From NCBI GenBank assembly GCA_964575345.1, contig CAZNQD010000003.1, positions 11,310-75,309 on the forward strand: a stretch of DNA of 64,000 bases, read 5' to 3'. Below are positions 57,139 to 64,000 of this stretch, piece after piece. The notes under the pieces were generated by a model that was given only the letters and a program-made list of their open reading frames with translations, did no database searches and was not told the DNA's origin. The translations under genes and the position numbers were made by a program. The DNA is from an uncultured Bacteroidales bacterium. GTDB lineage: Bacteria; Bacteroidota; Bacteroidia; Bacteroidales; UBA1402. The stretch's first letter is position 1, and each line of letters starts with the position of its first letter.

Positions 57139-57210
57139 ATTTGGTCACAAATAACAAGATTTGACCACCGATATCCATATTTTCGCCACATTTCCATTTT
57201 TATTCACCAC
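57139..57210. promoter_or_regulatory. array of four direct repeats, consensus WTTTSRCCAC, 20-21 bp period
   Basis: ATTTGGTCAC 57139-57148, ATTTGACCAC 57159-57168, TTTTCGCCAC 57180-57189, TATTCACCAC 57201-57210. Lies between the divergent LytTR and fabH -7 boxes. Confidence 0.6.
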
Positions 57211-57240
57211 ATATACTTGGTCGGCAAGTTATAACAGAGC

Positions 57241-57248
57241 TACATTTG
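57241..57248 (+). promoter_or_regulatory. -7 box TACATTTG for the fabH-fabK-fabF-fabZ operon
   Basis: Motif match 28 nt before the ATG at 57276. Confidence 0.5.
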
Positions 57249-57275
57249 CGGCCTCAAATTCATAGAAATTAAAAA

Positions 57276-58229
57276 ATGAAAATTACTGGAACCGGGAGTG
57301 CTTCTCCTTCCTTGACGGTCAGCAACGATATGCTGGCCACTTTTTTGGATACCAGCGATGAATGGATCCAAACCAGAACCGGAATAAAAACCAGACAAAT
57401 TATTTCGACGGAACATCTAAAAGATTTGGCGGTTCAGGCCTCATCAATTGCAATTCAGCAAGCAGGCATTAAAGCAGAGCAACTAGATTATATCATTTGC
57501 TCGAACACGATTAATGAATACGTTACCCCCTCACTAAGCTGTATTCTCCAGGGTATGCTTGGAGCCGGTTGTCCATGTATCGATCTTAACGGAGCCTGCG
57601 CCGGCTTCATTTACGCACTGGATATGGCTGACGCCCTATTTAAAAGAGGCAATATGGAACATATTCTGGTTATTTGCGCCGAAGAACCCAGCCGTATGGT
57701 TGACTGGACTAAACGCGACACCTGTGTCCTTTTTGGAGATGGAGCAGCGGCTGTAGTCCTTAGTAAAGGCGAAGGCTTCATATCTTTCAAACTTTCCACT
57801 TTTAGCAACACCGACGCCTTGTACCAAATCCGAAAATTACAGGATACGCCTTTTATTAAAAAAGAAGAAGAAGACGGCGCACTGGTGATGAAAGGGCAGG
57901 ATGTCTTTAAATTGGCAGTTAATTGCTCATTAAACGACATAAAAGAGGTGCTCAAAATGGCTGATGTAAAAGCAAATGATGTCGATCACTACTTGCTGCA
58001 TCAGGCAAACATGAGAATTATCGACACAGTAATGAGATATTTGGGGCAAAGTAAAAAGAATTTTCCCCACAACGTTGAACGCTACGGAAATACCTCGTCG
58101 GCCAGTATTCCTATGTTACTGGACGAATTGAATAAAAATAATAAATTAAAAAAAGGACAAAAACTGGTTTTCAGCGCATTCGGGGCAGGTTTTACCACAG
58201 GTGCCTGTCTGCTGGAATGGACAAAATAA
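57276..58229 (+). CDS. fabH: beta-ketoacyl-ACP synthase III
   Basis: 317 aa. DTSDEWIQTRTGI, catalytic Cys (NGACAGFIYAL), His (LLHQANMRII), Asn (GNTSSASIP). Confidence 0.9.
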   Translation: MKITGTGSASPSLTVSNDMLATFLDTSDEWIQTRTGIKTRQIISTEHLKDLAVQASSIAIQQAGIKAEQLDYIICSNTINEYVTPSLSCILQGMLGAGCPCIDLNGACAGFIYALDMADALFKRGNMEHILVICAEEPSRMVDWTKRDTCVLFGDGAAAVVLSKGEGFISFKLSTFSNTDALYQIRKLQDTPFIKKEEEDGALVMKGQDVFKLAVNCSLNDIKEVLKMADVKANDVDHYLLHQANMRIIDTVMRYLGQSKKNFPHNVERYGNTSSASIPMLLDELNKNNKLKKGQKLVFSAFGAGFTTGACLLEWTK

Positions 58230-58240
58230 GACAACTCAAT

Positions 58241-59191
58241 ATGATAAAAACTCGAATTAATACCTTACTGGGAATTGACTTTCCCATTTTGCAGGGAGGC
58301 ATGGCCTGGATTTCAGAATCCAACCTGGCCTCTGCTGTTTCCAATGCCGGCGGACTGGGGCAAATCTCTTCGATCAATGCCGGCGTCGATGTGGTGAGAC
58401 AAGAAATTCGTAAATGCAAAACGAAAACTTCCAGGCCTTTCGGTGTCAATATAATGCTCATGAGCCCGATTGCCGACGATATTGCCCAAATGGTGATAGA
58501 AGAAAAGGTTCCGGTAGTGACTACCGGAGCCGGCATGCCCGGTAAATATATGAACGACTGGCTGAATGCCGGTATTAAAGTGATCCCTGTTGTTCCCTCA
58601 TCGGCTATAGCCAAACGCATGGAAAACATGGGAGCCTGCGCCGTGATTGCAGAAGGGGGTGAATCGGGAGGACATATCGGCGAAATCAACACTATGGCTT
58701 TGGTGCCACAGGTCTGCAACGCTGTCAGCATTCCGGTAATAGCTGCCGGAGGAATTGCCGACGGCAGGGGTTTTGCCGCCGTACTTATGCTGGGTGCCGA
58801 AGGAATACAGTGCGGAACCCGCTTCCTGCTTTCTACGGAATGCATAATCCACGAAAATTACAAAAACAAACTTCTGGCCGCTAAAGATTCCGACACCATC
58901 GTCACAGGCAAAAGCCTGGGACATCCGGTGCGTTCTCTTAAAACTCCCTTTTCCAAGAAGTTTGCCGAAATGGAAAAAGATCCTAACTTTACCGCTAAAG
59001 ATATTATGGATTTTGGCACAGGATCGCTTAGAAAAGCTGTACAGGAAGGGGATCAATTAATGGGCAGCTATATGGCAGGACAATGCGTCGGAATGGTCAA
59101 GGATATTCTTCCGGCAAAACAAATTATCGAAGACCTTGTTTACAATGCAGAGCTTCTTTTGTCAAACACCAATAAATGGATGGAAAAATGA
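58241..59191 (+). CDS. fabK: enoyl-ACP reductase II (FMN-dependent, FabK type)
   Basis: Start at MIKTRINTLLGIDFPILQGGMAWIS. Collinear with streptococcal FabK as I recall it (VVTTGAG, AEGGESGGHIG, IPVIAAGGIADG, GAEGIQCGTRF). Confidence 0.85.
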   Translation: MIKTRINTLLGIDFPILQGGMAWISESNLASAVSNAGGLGQISSINAGVDVVRQEIRKCKTKTSRPFGVNIMLMSPIADDIAQMVIEEKVPVVTTGAGMPGKYMNDWLNAGIKVIPVVPSSAIAKRMENMGACAVIAEGGESGGHIGEINTMALVPQVCNAVSIPVIAAGGIADGRGFAAVLMLGAEGIQCGTRFLLSTECIIHENYKNKLLAAKDSDTIVTGKSLGHPVRSLKTPFSKKFAEMEKDPNFTAKDIMDFGTGSLRKAVQEGDQLMGSYMAGQCVGMVKDILPAKQIIEDLVYNAELLLSNTNKWMEK

Positions 59192-60414
59192 AAAGAGTTG
59201 TAATTACCGGCATAGGAGCTATCTCGCCTGTCGGAAACGATATCCTCACCTTTTGGAATAATCTTAAAAACGGAGTCTGCGGAATCGATACTATCCGCAG
59301 TTTTTCCACCGAAGATCTGCCGGTAAAAATAGCGGCAGAAGTCAAGGATTTTAAACCGGACACCTACGGAATTGACGTCGCCACAGCCCGCAAAAACGAC
59401 CGATATGCCCTGTTTGCGCTGGCCGCCTCCAATCAGGCCATGAAAGACAGCGGCCTTCATATTGAGCCGGAGCGCTTAGGTGTGTACATAGGATCAGGAA
59501 TAGGCGGAATGAACACCTTTGTTGCCGAGACCACCAAAATGATACAAAAAGGCCCGCAATGGATCTCGCCTCTCTTTGTGCCGATGATGATATCTAATAT
59601 TGCCTCGGGCAATGTAGCCATCGCGCACAACGCACAAGGGGTCTGCCTTCCCATTGTGACAGCCTGTGCCACCGGCACTCACTCCATAGGTGAAGCCTAC
59701 AAGGCAATCAAACATGGTTATGCTGACGCCATTATTACCGGAGGAGCCGAAGCTGCTGTAGTTCCCTTGGCTATCGGAGGTTTTGCCAACAGCAGGGCAC
59801 TTTCACGTTCCGAAAACCCCATGGAAGGCTCTCTGCCTTTTGATAAAAGAAGGCAGGGTTTTGTAATCGCCGAAGGTGCCGGCATTCTTGTACTCGAAGA
59901 ATACGAACACGCCCGTGCCAGAGGAGCTAAAATGTACGCCGAAGTGTGTGGTTACGGCAATACCTGCGATGCTTACCATTATACGGCACCCAGACCCGAC
60001 GGTTCCTCGGCAGCAAGATCAATCAGGCTCGCCCTGACAGAAGCCGGTTTCAGGGAAGGCGAGCTAATGCACATCAACTCTCACGGAACCGGAACACCAC
60101 TGAACGACAAATCCGAAACAGCCGCCATTAAGATGGCGCTGGGTGAAAAAACTGCTCACAAAGCCATTATTAATTCCACCAAATCCATGACCGGTCACAT
60201 GCTGGGAGCTGCCGGAGGAATTGAGCTCATTGCTGCCGCCCTGGCTCTGAAAGAAGGCATCGTACCTCCAACAATTCATCTGGATGAACCCGATCCTGAA
60301 TGTGATCTGGATTATACACCAAATCAGGCCAGAAAAGCAGATATATCAATAGCTCTTTCAACATCTCTGGGCTTTGGAGGACACAACGGATGCATAGCAC
60401 TCAGAAAAATATAA
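59188..60414 (+). CDS. fabF: beta-ketoacyl-ACP synthase II
   Basis: Start MKRVVITGIG overlaps the fabK stop (ATGA). Catalytic Cys (VTACATGTHSIG), His-His (AYHYTAP, INSHGTGT), GFGGHN. Confidence 0.92.
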   Translation: MKRVVITGIGAISPVGNDILTFWNNLKNGVCGIDTIRSFSTEDLPVKIAAEVKDFKPDTYGIDVATARKNDRYALFALAASNQAMKDSGLHIEPERLGVYIGSGIGGMNTFVAETTKMIQKGPQWISPLFVPMMISNIASGNVAIAHNAQGVCLPIVTACATGTHSIGEAYKAIKHGYADAIITGGAEAAVVPLAIGGFANSRALSRSENPMEGSLPFDKRRQGFVIAEGAGILVLEEYEHARARGAKMYAEVCGYGNTCDAYHYTAPRPDGSSAARSIRLALTEAGFREGELMHINSHGTGTPLNDKSETAAIKMALGEKTAHKAIINSTKSMTGHMLGAAGGIELIAAALALKEGIVPPTIHLDEPDPECDLDYTPNQARKADISIALSTSLGFGGHNGCIALRKI

Positions 60415-60418
60415 CACT

Positions 60419-60856
60419 ATGAAAAGAGAGGAAATTAAGACGTACATCCCACACAGGGAGCCGATGTTGCTGGTAGACGAAATTAACATTGACGAAAACC
60501 ACGTGGCTCATGCCACTTACCGGGTCAGAGGTGATGAGTTTTTTTTACAGGGACATTTTCCGGGCTTTCCTGTGGTACCGGGAGTTATTCTTTGTGAAAT
60601 TATGGCACAGTCTTGTTCTCTGTTGGTGGGTGATCAGCTGAAAGGCAGAACACCTTTTTATGCCGGAATCGACAAAGCCCGCTTTAAATCTTCCGTTTAC
60701 CCGGGAGACCTTATTGAAATTACAGCAAAAATTATTAATCAGCGATCCATGGTCTTTTTTATCGAAGCGGTTGCCAAAGTAAAAGAAAAAATCTGTGTAC
60801 AAGCCAGTTTGTCTTTTGCACTGGTAGACAATGACGCGTTGAAACAAAAGAAATAA
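60419..60856 (+). CDS. fabZ: 3-hydroxyacyl-ACP dehydratase (stand-alone)
   Basis: 145 aa. PHREPMLLVD and GHFPGFPVVPGVILCEIMAQ hot-dog motifs. Confidence 0.9.
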   Translation: MKREEIKTYIPHREPMLLVDEINIDENHVAHATYRVRGDEFFLQGHFPGFPVVPGVILCEIMAQSCSLLVGDQLKGRTPFYAGIDKARFKSSVYPGDLIEITAKIINQRSMVFFIEAVAKVKEKICVQASLSFALVDNDALKQKK

Positions 60857-60998
60857 ATCCCGGCCGGCTCCATGGATTTTGTTCGTTGTTTTTATTAGGG
60901 ATTTTCACACAGCACATATCCCGGACGTAGTACGGAAATAGAGCATTGAGTGAGAGTAGTGCAAAAAGAGGGAAAAGGCTCTTTTCAAAAAATAGCAC

Positions 60999-61006
60999 TA
61001 TCTTTG
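60999..61006 (+). promoter_or_regulatory. -7 box TATCTTTG for the dedA-family gene
   Basis: Motif match 29 nt before the ATG at 61035. Confidence 0.45.
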
Positions 61007-61034
61007 CCGCTTTATTTATATTATAACCCGATAA

Positions 61035-61673
61035 ATGGAATCTGTCAGCTTTATTCAATGGTGTCTCGACAACTTGAACTATTGGACCATCACCCTTTTG
61101 ATGACAATCGAAAGTTCGTTTATTCCTTTTCCCTCAGAAGTAGTAGTACCCCCTGCTGCATATAAAGCCGCTGCCGGTGAACTCAATATTTACCTGGTTG
61201 TATTGTTCTCTACTATAGGAGCCTGCCTGGGAGCCGTCATCAATTATTCTTTGGCACTATGGATTGGCCGCCCGCTGGTGTACAAGTTTGCCGGAAGTCG
61301 CCTGGGGCATTTACTTCTGTTGAGTGAAGCCAAAATCGAAAACGCCGAAAAGTATTTTGTAAAACACGGGAAAATCTCAACCTTGATCGGACGTCTGATT
61401 CCTGCTGTAAGACAACTGATTTCCATTCCGGCCGGCCTGGCAAAAATGAAATTTGGCACTTTCCTGATTTTTACCGTACTTGGAGCCACTATGTGGAATT
61501 CCATTCTTGCCGTAATCGGCTATTCGCTCCATGCCGTTGTCCCCAAAGATCAGCTGATGGAAAAGGTGTACCAGTACAGCCACGAAATCGGCTATATTTT
61601 TATCGGGCTGGGAGTATTGCTGGTTGCTTTTCTTATTTACAAAGCGCAGGGCGGCCGGAAAGCCTCCAAATAA
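61035..61673 (+). CDS. DedA-family (VTT domain) membrane protein
   Basis: 212 aa. ESSFIPFPSEVVVPPAAY and GRLIPAVRQLISIPAG motifs. Confidence 0.85.
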   Translation: MESVSFIQWCLDNLNYWTITLLMTIESSFIPFPSEVVVPPAAYKAAAGELNIYLVVLFSTIGACLGAVINYSLALWIGRPLVYKFAGSRLGHLLLLSEAKIENAEKYFVKHGKISTLIGRLIPAVRQLISIPAGLAKMKFGTFLIFTVLGATMWNSILAVIGYSLHAVVPKDQLMEKVYQYSHEIGYIFIGLGVLLVAFLIYKAQGGRKASK

Positions 61674-63361
61674 ACTTCTTCTCTGGTATCCAGACCCCTG
61701 ATATAGGTTTCGTGCCTGCTGATTTCCGCCTCGGCGTATTGTACATACACTCTGGCCGGGGAACGCAAACCTTCTGCTGTTGCAGCTTCTTTCAGGAGCA
61801 ACTCCGACATGATGATGTGTCCGGCCATTTCCACCAGCCTGCGGGCACAGAGGTCAAGAAAACTGTTTTGTTGGACTCCGGTAACATAAGCGGTCATTTC
61901 TTCATATTTAGCGGTCATTACCAACAGGCGCTGACGCAATACGCTAAATTCGGAAATTACTTCTTCCTGTTGATAAGCTTTGATTTTCTCCAGATAGGTG
62001 CCGGTTGTTACATGACGAATGGCGGCGATCACCTGCAACTGAGTTGTTCCTTCATAAATAGAGGTAATACGGGCATCTCGGTACCAACGTTCGCAGGCAT
62101 AATCTTTCATATAACCCGAACCACCGTGAATCTGAATAGCATCGTACGCATTCTGATTGGCAAATTCACTGCCCATCCCTTTTGCCAGTGGTGTATATGC
62201 ATCAGCCCAGCGCGAATAGGTTTTCATTTCGGTTCTCTCTTCGGGGCTCAGGGTACGTTCTTTTGCAATGTCTTCGAGACATTTGTAAATATCCACAAAA
62301 CGTGAAGTTTCGTACAAGAGGCTGCGTATGGCGTCCAGTTTAGCCTTCATCAGCGCCAGCATTTCATAAACCGGCGGGAATTCAATGATGGATTTGTCGA
62401 ATTGCTTGCGTGAACGGGCATAACAGAGAGCTCCGCGGTAAGTGGCTTCACATAGCCCCACCGACTGGGCGGCAATTCCAAGCCTGGCACCATTCATCAG
62501 GGCCATTACGTATTTAATCAGGCCCAGCCTGCGGCTGCCGCACAGCTCCGCTTTAGCGTCTTTAAAGACCAGTTCACAGGTAGGCGCACCCTTAATCCCC
62601 ATCTTGTTTTCGATGCGACGTACGGTCAAACCTCCATTGCGTTTGTCGTAAATAAACATCGACAAACCCCGGCCGTCTTTGGTGCCTTCTTCAGAACGGG
62701 CCAGGACCAAATGAATATCGGCGTCTCCATTGGTGATAAAACGCTTCACACCGTTCAGCCGCCAGGTGTTGTCGCTTTCGTCCAGGGTGGCTTTCAGCAT
62801 TACTGCCTGCAGGTCGGAGCCGGCGTCGGGCTCAGTCAAATCCATCGACATGGTTTCTCCTGCACAAACCCGTCCCAGGTAAGCTTTTCTTTGTTCTTCA
62901 GTACCAAACTCATAGAGTGTTTCTGCACATTCCTGCAAACCCCAGATATTTTCGAAACCAGCATCGGCGCGGCTTACCAATTCTGCGGCCATAATAAAGG
63001 GAGTTACCGGAAAGTTAAGGCCACCGAAGCGCCTGGGAATAGCCATGCCCATGAGGCCGGCCTTGATGGTGGCTTCGAGATTGCGCAAGGTTCCCTCAGC
63101 ATATTCTACCCGGCCGTTTTTGCATACCGGGCCCTCCTGATCGATACTTTCGGCATTATCTTCCATAACATCCGCACAAATCTCTCCACAGATTTCCAGC
63201 ACTTTTTCGTAACTGTCCATGCAATCTTCGGCATCTGAGGGAGCATAGTCGTAAACAGTGGCATCACTGAAATTTCGTTCTCTGAGTTCCATTATTCGTT
63301 GCATCAGGGGATGCTGTAAATAATGCTTAAGTATAGGATTGTCAGTAAAATAATTACCCAT
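61637..63361 (-). CDS. acyl-CoA dehydrogenase (long form with C-terminal extension)
   Basis: 574 aa, typical ACAD N-, middle and C-domains (TEPDAGSD, ITNGD, IYEGTTQLQ). Directly downstream of etfA. Confidence 0.88.
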   Translation of the reverse strand: MGNYFTDNPILKHYLQHPLMQRIMELRERNFSDATVYDYAPSDAEDCMDSYEKVLEICGEICADVMEDNAESIDQEGPVCKNGRVEYAEGTLRNLEATIKAGLMGMAIPRRFGGLNFPVTPFIMAAELVSRADAGFENIWGLQECAETLYEFGTEEQRKAYLGRVCAGETMSMDLTEPDAGSDLQAVMLKATLDESDNTWRLNGVKRFITNGDADIHLVLARSEEGTKDGRGLSMFIYDKRNGGLTVRRIENKMGIKGAPTCELVFKDAKAELCGSRRLGLIKYVMALMNGARLGIAAQSVGLCEATYRGALCYARSRKQFDKSIIEFPPVYEMLALMKAKLDAIRSLLYETSRFVDIYKCLEDIAKERTLSPEERTEMKTYSRWADAYTPLAKGMGSEFANQNAYDAIQIHGGSGYMKDYACERWYRDARITSIYEGTTQLQVIAAIRHVTTGTYLEKIKAYQQEEVISEFSVLRQRLLVMTAKYEEMTAYVTGVQQNSFLDLCARRLVEMAGHIIMSELLLKEAATAEGLRSPARVYVQYAEAEISRHETYIRGLDTREEVYLEAFRPPCAL

Positions 63362-63363
63362 GG

Positions 63364-64000
63364 TTATTTAGTGTTTTTTTTGTAATACTGAATCATTTTG
63401 GGGATAACGTCTTCCACTCTGCCCGCTACAACATAATCGGCAATGCTGTTTATGGGGGCGCAACGATCATTGTTGATGGAAATAATAATCGCGCTTTCCT
63501 GCATTCCGGCCAAATGCTGTATCTGACCGGAGATTCCGCAGGCAATGTACAACTTGGGCCTAACCGTCAGGCCGGTTTGTCCGATCTGCCGGTCATGCTC
63601 ACAAAAACCGGCATCGACAGCGGCTCTGGAGGCTCCCACTTCGGCATTAAGCACCGCCGCCAAATCGTATAAAAGTTGAAAGTTCTCTTTTGACCCAACG
63701 CCATATCCTCCCGAAACAATAATGGAAGCACTGTTGAGTTTGTTTTTACTCTTTTCGATGTGCCGGTCTATCACTTTAACGACAAAGTCACTGTCGCTCA
63801 CGTATTCCTTCACATTATGTCTGACGACTATACCTTTGTAGCCGGGATCAAGAATCTCCTTTTTCATGACCCCCTCACGCACTGTGGCCATTTGAGGACG
63901 GCATTCAGGATTGACGATGGTAGCAACGATGTTACCTCCAAAGGCCGGGCGGATTTGATACAACAACTCATCGTATGTTTTATCGCGTTCTTTGTGACTA
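63364..64000 (-). CDS. etfA: electron transfer flavoprotein subunit alpha, C-terminal part (5' end beyond the window)
   Basis: Frame stays open to the window edge; the listed start is TTG. RPAFGGNIVATI, SGGYGVG, GASRAAVDAG, QIGQTG..V.P.LYIA.GISGQIQH motifs. Confidence 0.88.
   Translation of the reverse strand, partial: SHKERDKTYDELLYQIRPAFGGNIVATIVNPECRPQMATVREGVMKKEILDPGYKGIVVRHNVKEYVSDSDFVVKVIDRHIEKSKNKLNSASIIVSGGYGVGSKENFQLLYDLAAVLNAEVGASRAAVDAGFCEHDRQIGQTGLTVRPKLYIACGISGQIQHLAGMQESAIIISINNDRCAPINSIADYVVAGRVEDVIPKMIQYYKKNTK

Noticed and set aside
60855-60895. A possible terminator after fabZ (AAATCC ... GGATTT followed by a T-rich tract).
   Set aside because: The stem is only 6 bp with two G:C pairs, the loop is 13 nt, and the T tract is interrupted. 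This is too weak to call.
1-64000. A search by eye for CRISPR arrays, transposases, integrases, toxin-antitoxin pairs, restriction-modification genes or other defence systems, rRNA genes and riboswitches (FMN before ribH, glycine or amino-acid riboswitch before the NSS transporter, T-box before ileS).
   Set aside because: I saw no spaced direct-repeat array, no mobility or defence gene signature in any translated frame, and no conserved riboswitch core sequence in the relevant leaders. ribH is translationally coupled to an upstream TPR gene rather than preceded by a leader.

Overview
This window reads as a densely packed core chromosomal segment of a Bacteroidota genome, probably an anaerobic Bacteroidia-type organism. 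The phylum call rests on three things. A TAnnTTTG -7 promoter box sits 15-90 nt upstream of most first-in-operon genes. Shine-Dalgarno sequences are essentially absent. Several gene pairs typical of the phylum are present: panC divergent from a short glgA-like gene plus DUF4270, the ileS-dksA-lspA-DUF4296 string, recF-DUF721, and ribH coupled to a TPR gene. I support about 56 CDS and one tRNA-Arg(TCT). I recognised no transposase, integrase, CRISPR array, prophage or known defence genes.

Content from left to right:
- A glycyl-radical enzyme, HypD-like by my recollection, with its activase, next to an ADP-forming acyl-CoA synthetase and an Xaa-Pro peptidase.
- A surface beta-helix lipoprotein, tRNA-Arg and a cold-shock protein.
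- A lipidated Omp85 (TamL-like) protein.
- Housekeeping genes: ileS, lspA, dnaX, ribH, recF, dcp, dCMP deaminase, an S41 protease, guaA, pnp and a DEAD-box helicase.
- A dispersed glycogen neighbourhood: a GH57-GT4-GDE operon, phosphoglucomutase, and a half-size GlgA-like protein with DUF4270.
- An NSS transporter with an unannotated small-subunit ORF.
- A lipid locus: a membrane-anchored LytTR regulator divergent from fabH-fabK-fabF-fabZ, then DedA and an acyl-CoA dehydrogenase with EtfA.

The most interesting observations are these:
1. Four helically phased direct repeats lie between the divergent LytTR and fabH promoters. Together with the receiver-less membrane LytTR protein, they suggest an undescribed one-component control of a fatty-acid synthesis module.
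2. An A10 run sits at the tau/gamma boundary of dnaX, with nearby stops in both alternative frames.
3. A 44-codon MetS-like ORF overlaps the NSS transporter stop codon (TAATG).
4. A GlgA-like protein lacks both the KTGGL motif and the C-terminal half, and is translationally coupled to a DUF4270 lipoprotein.

All calls come from reading the translations and the sequence by eye. I ran no database search and no GC or codon statistics.
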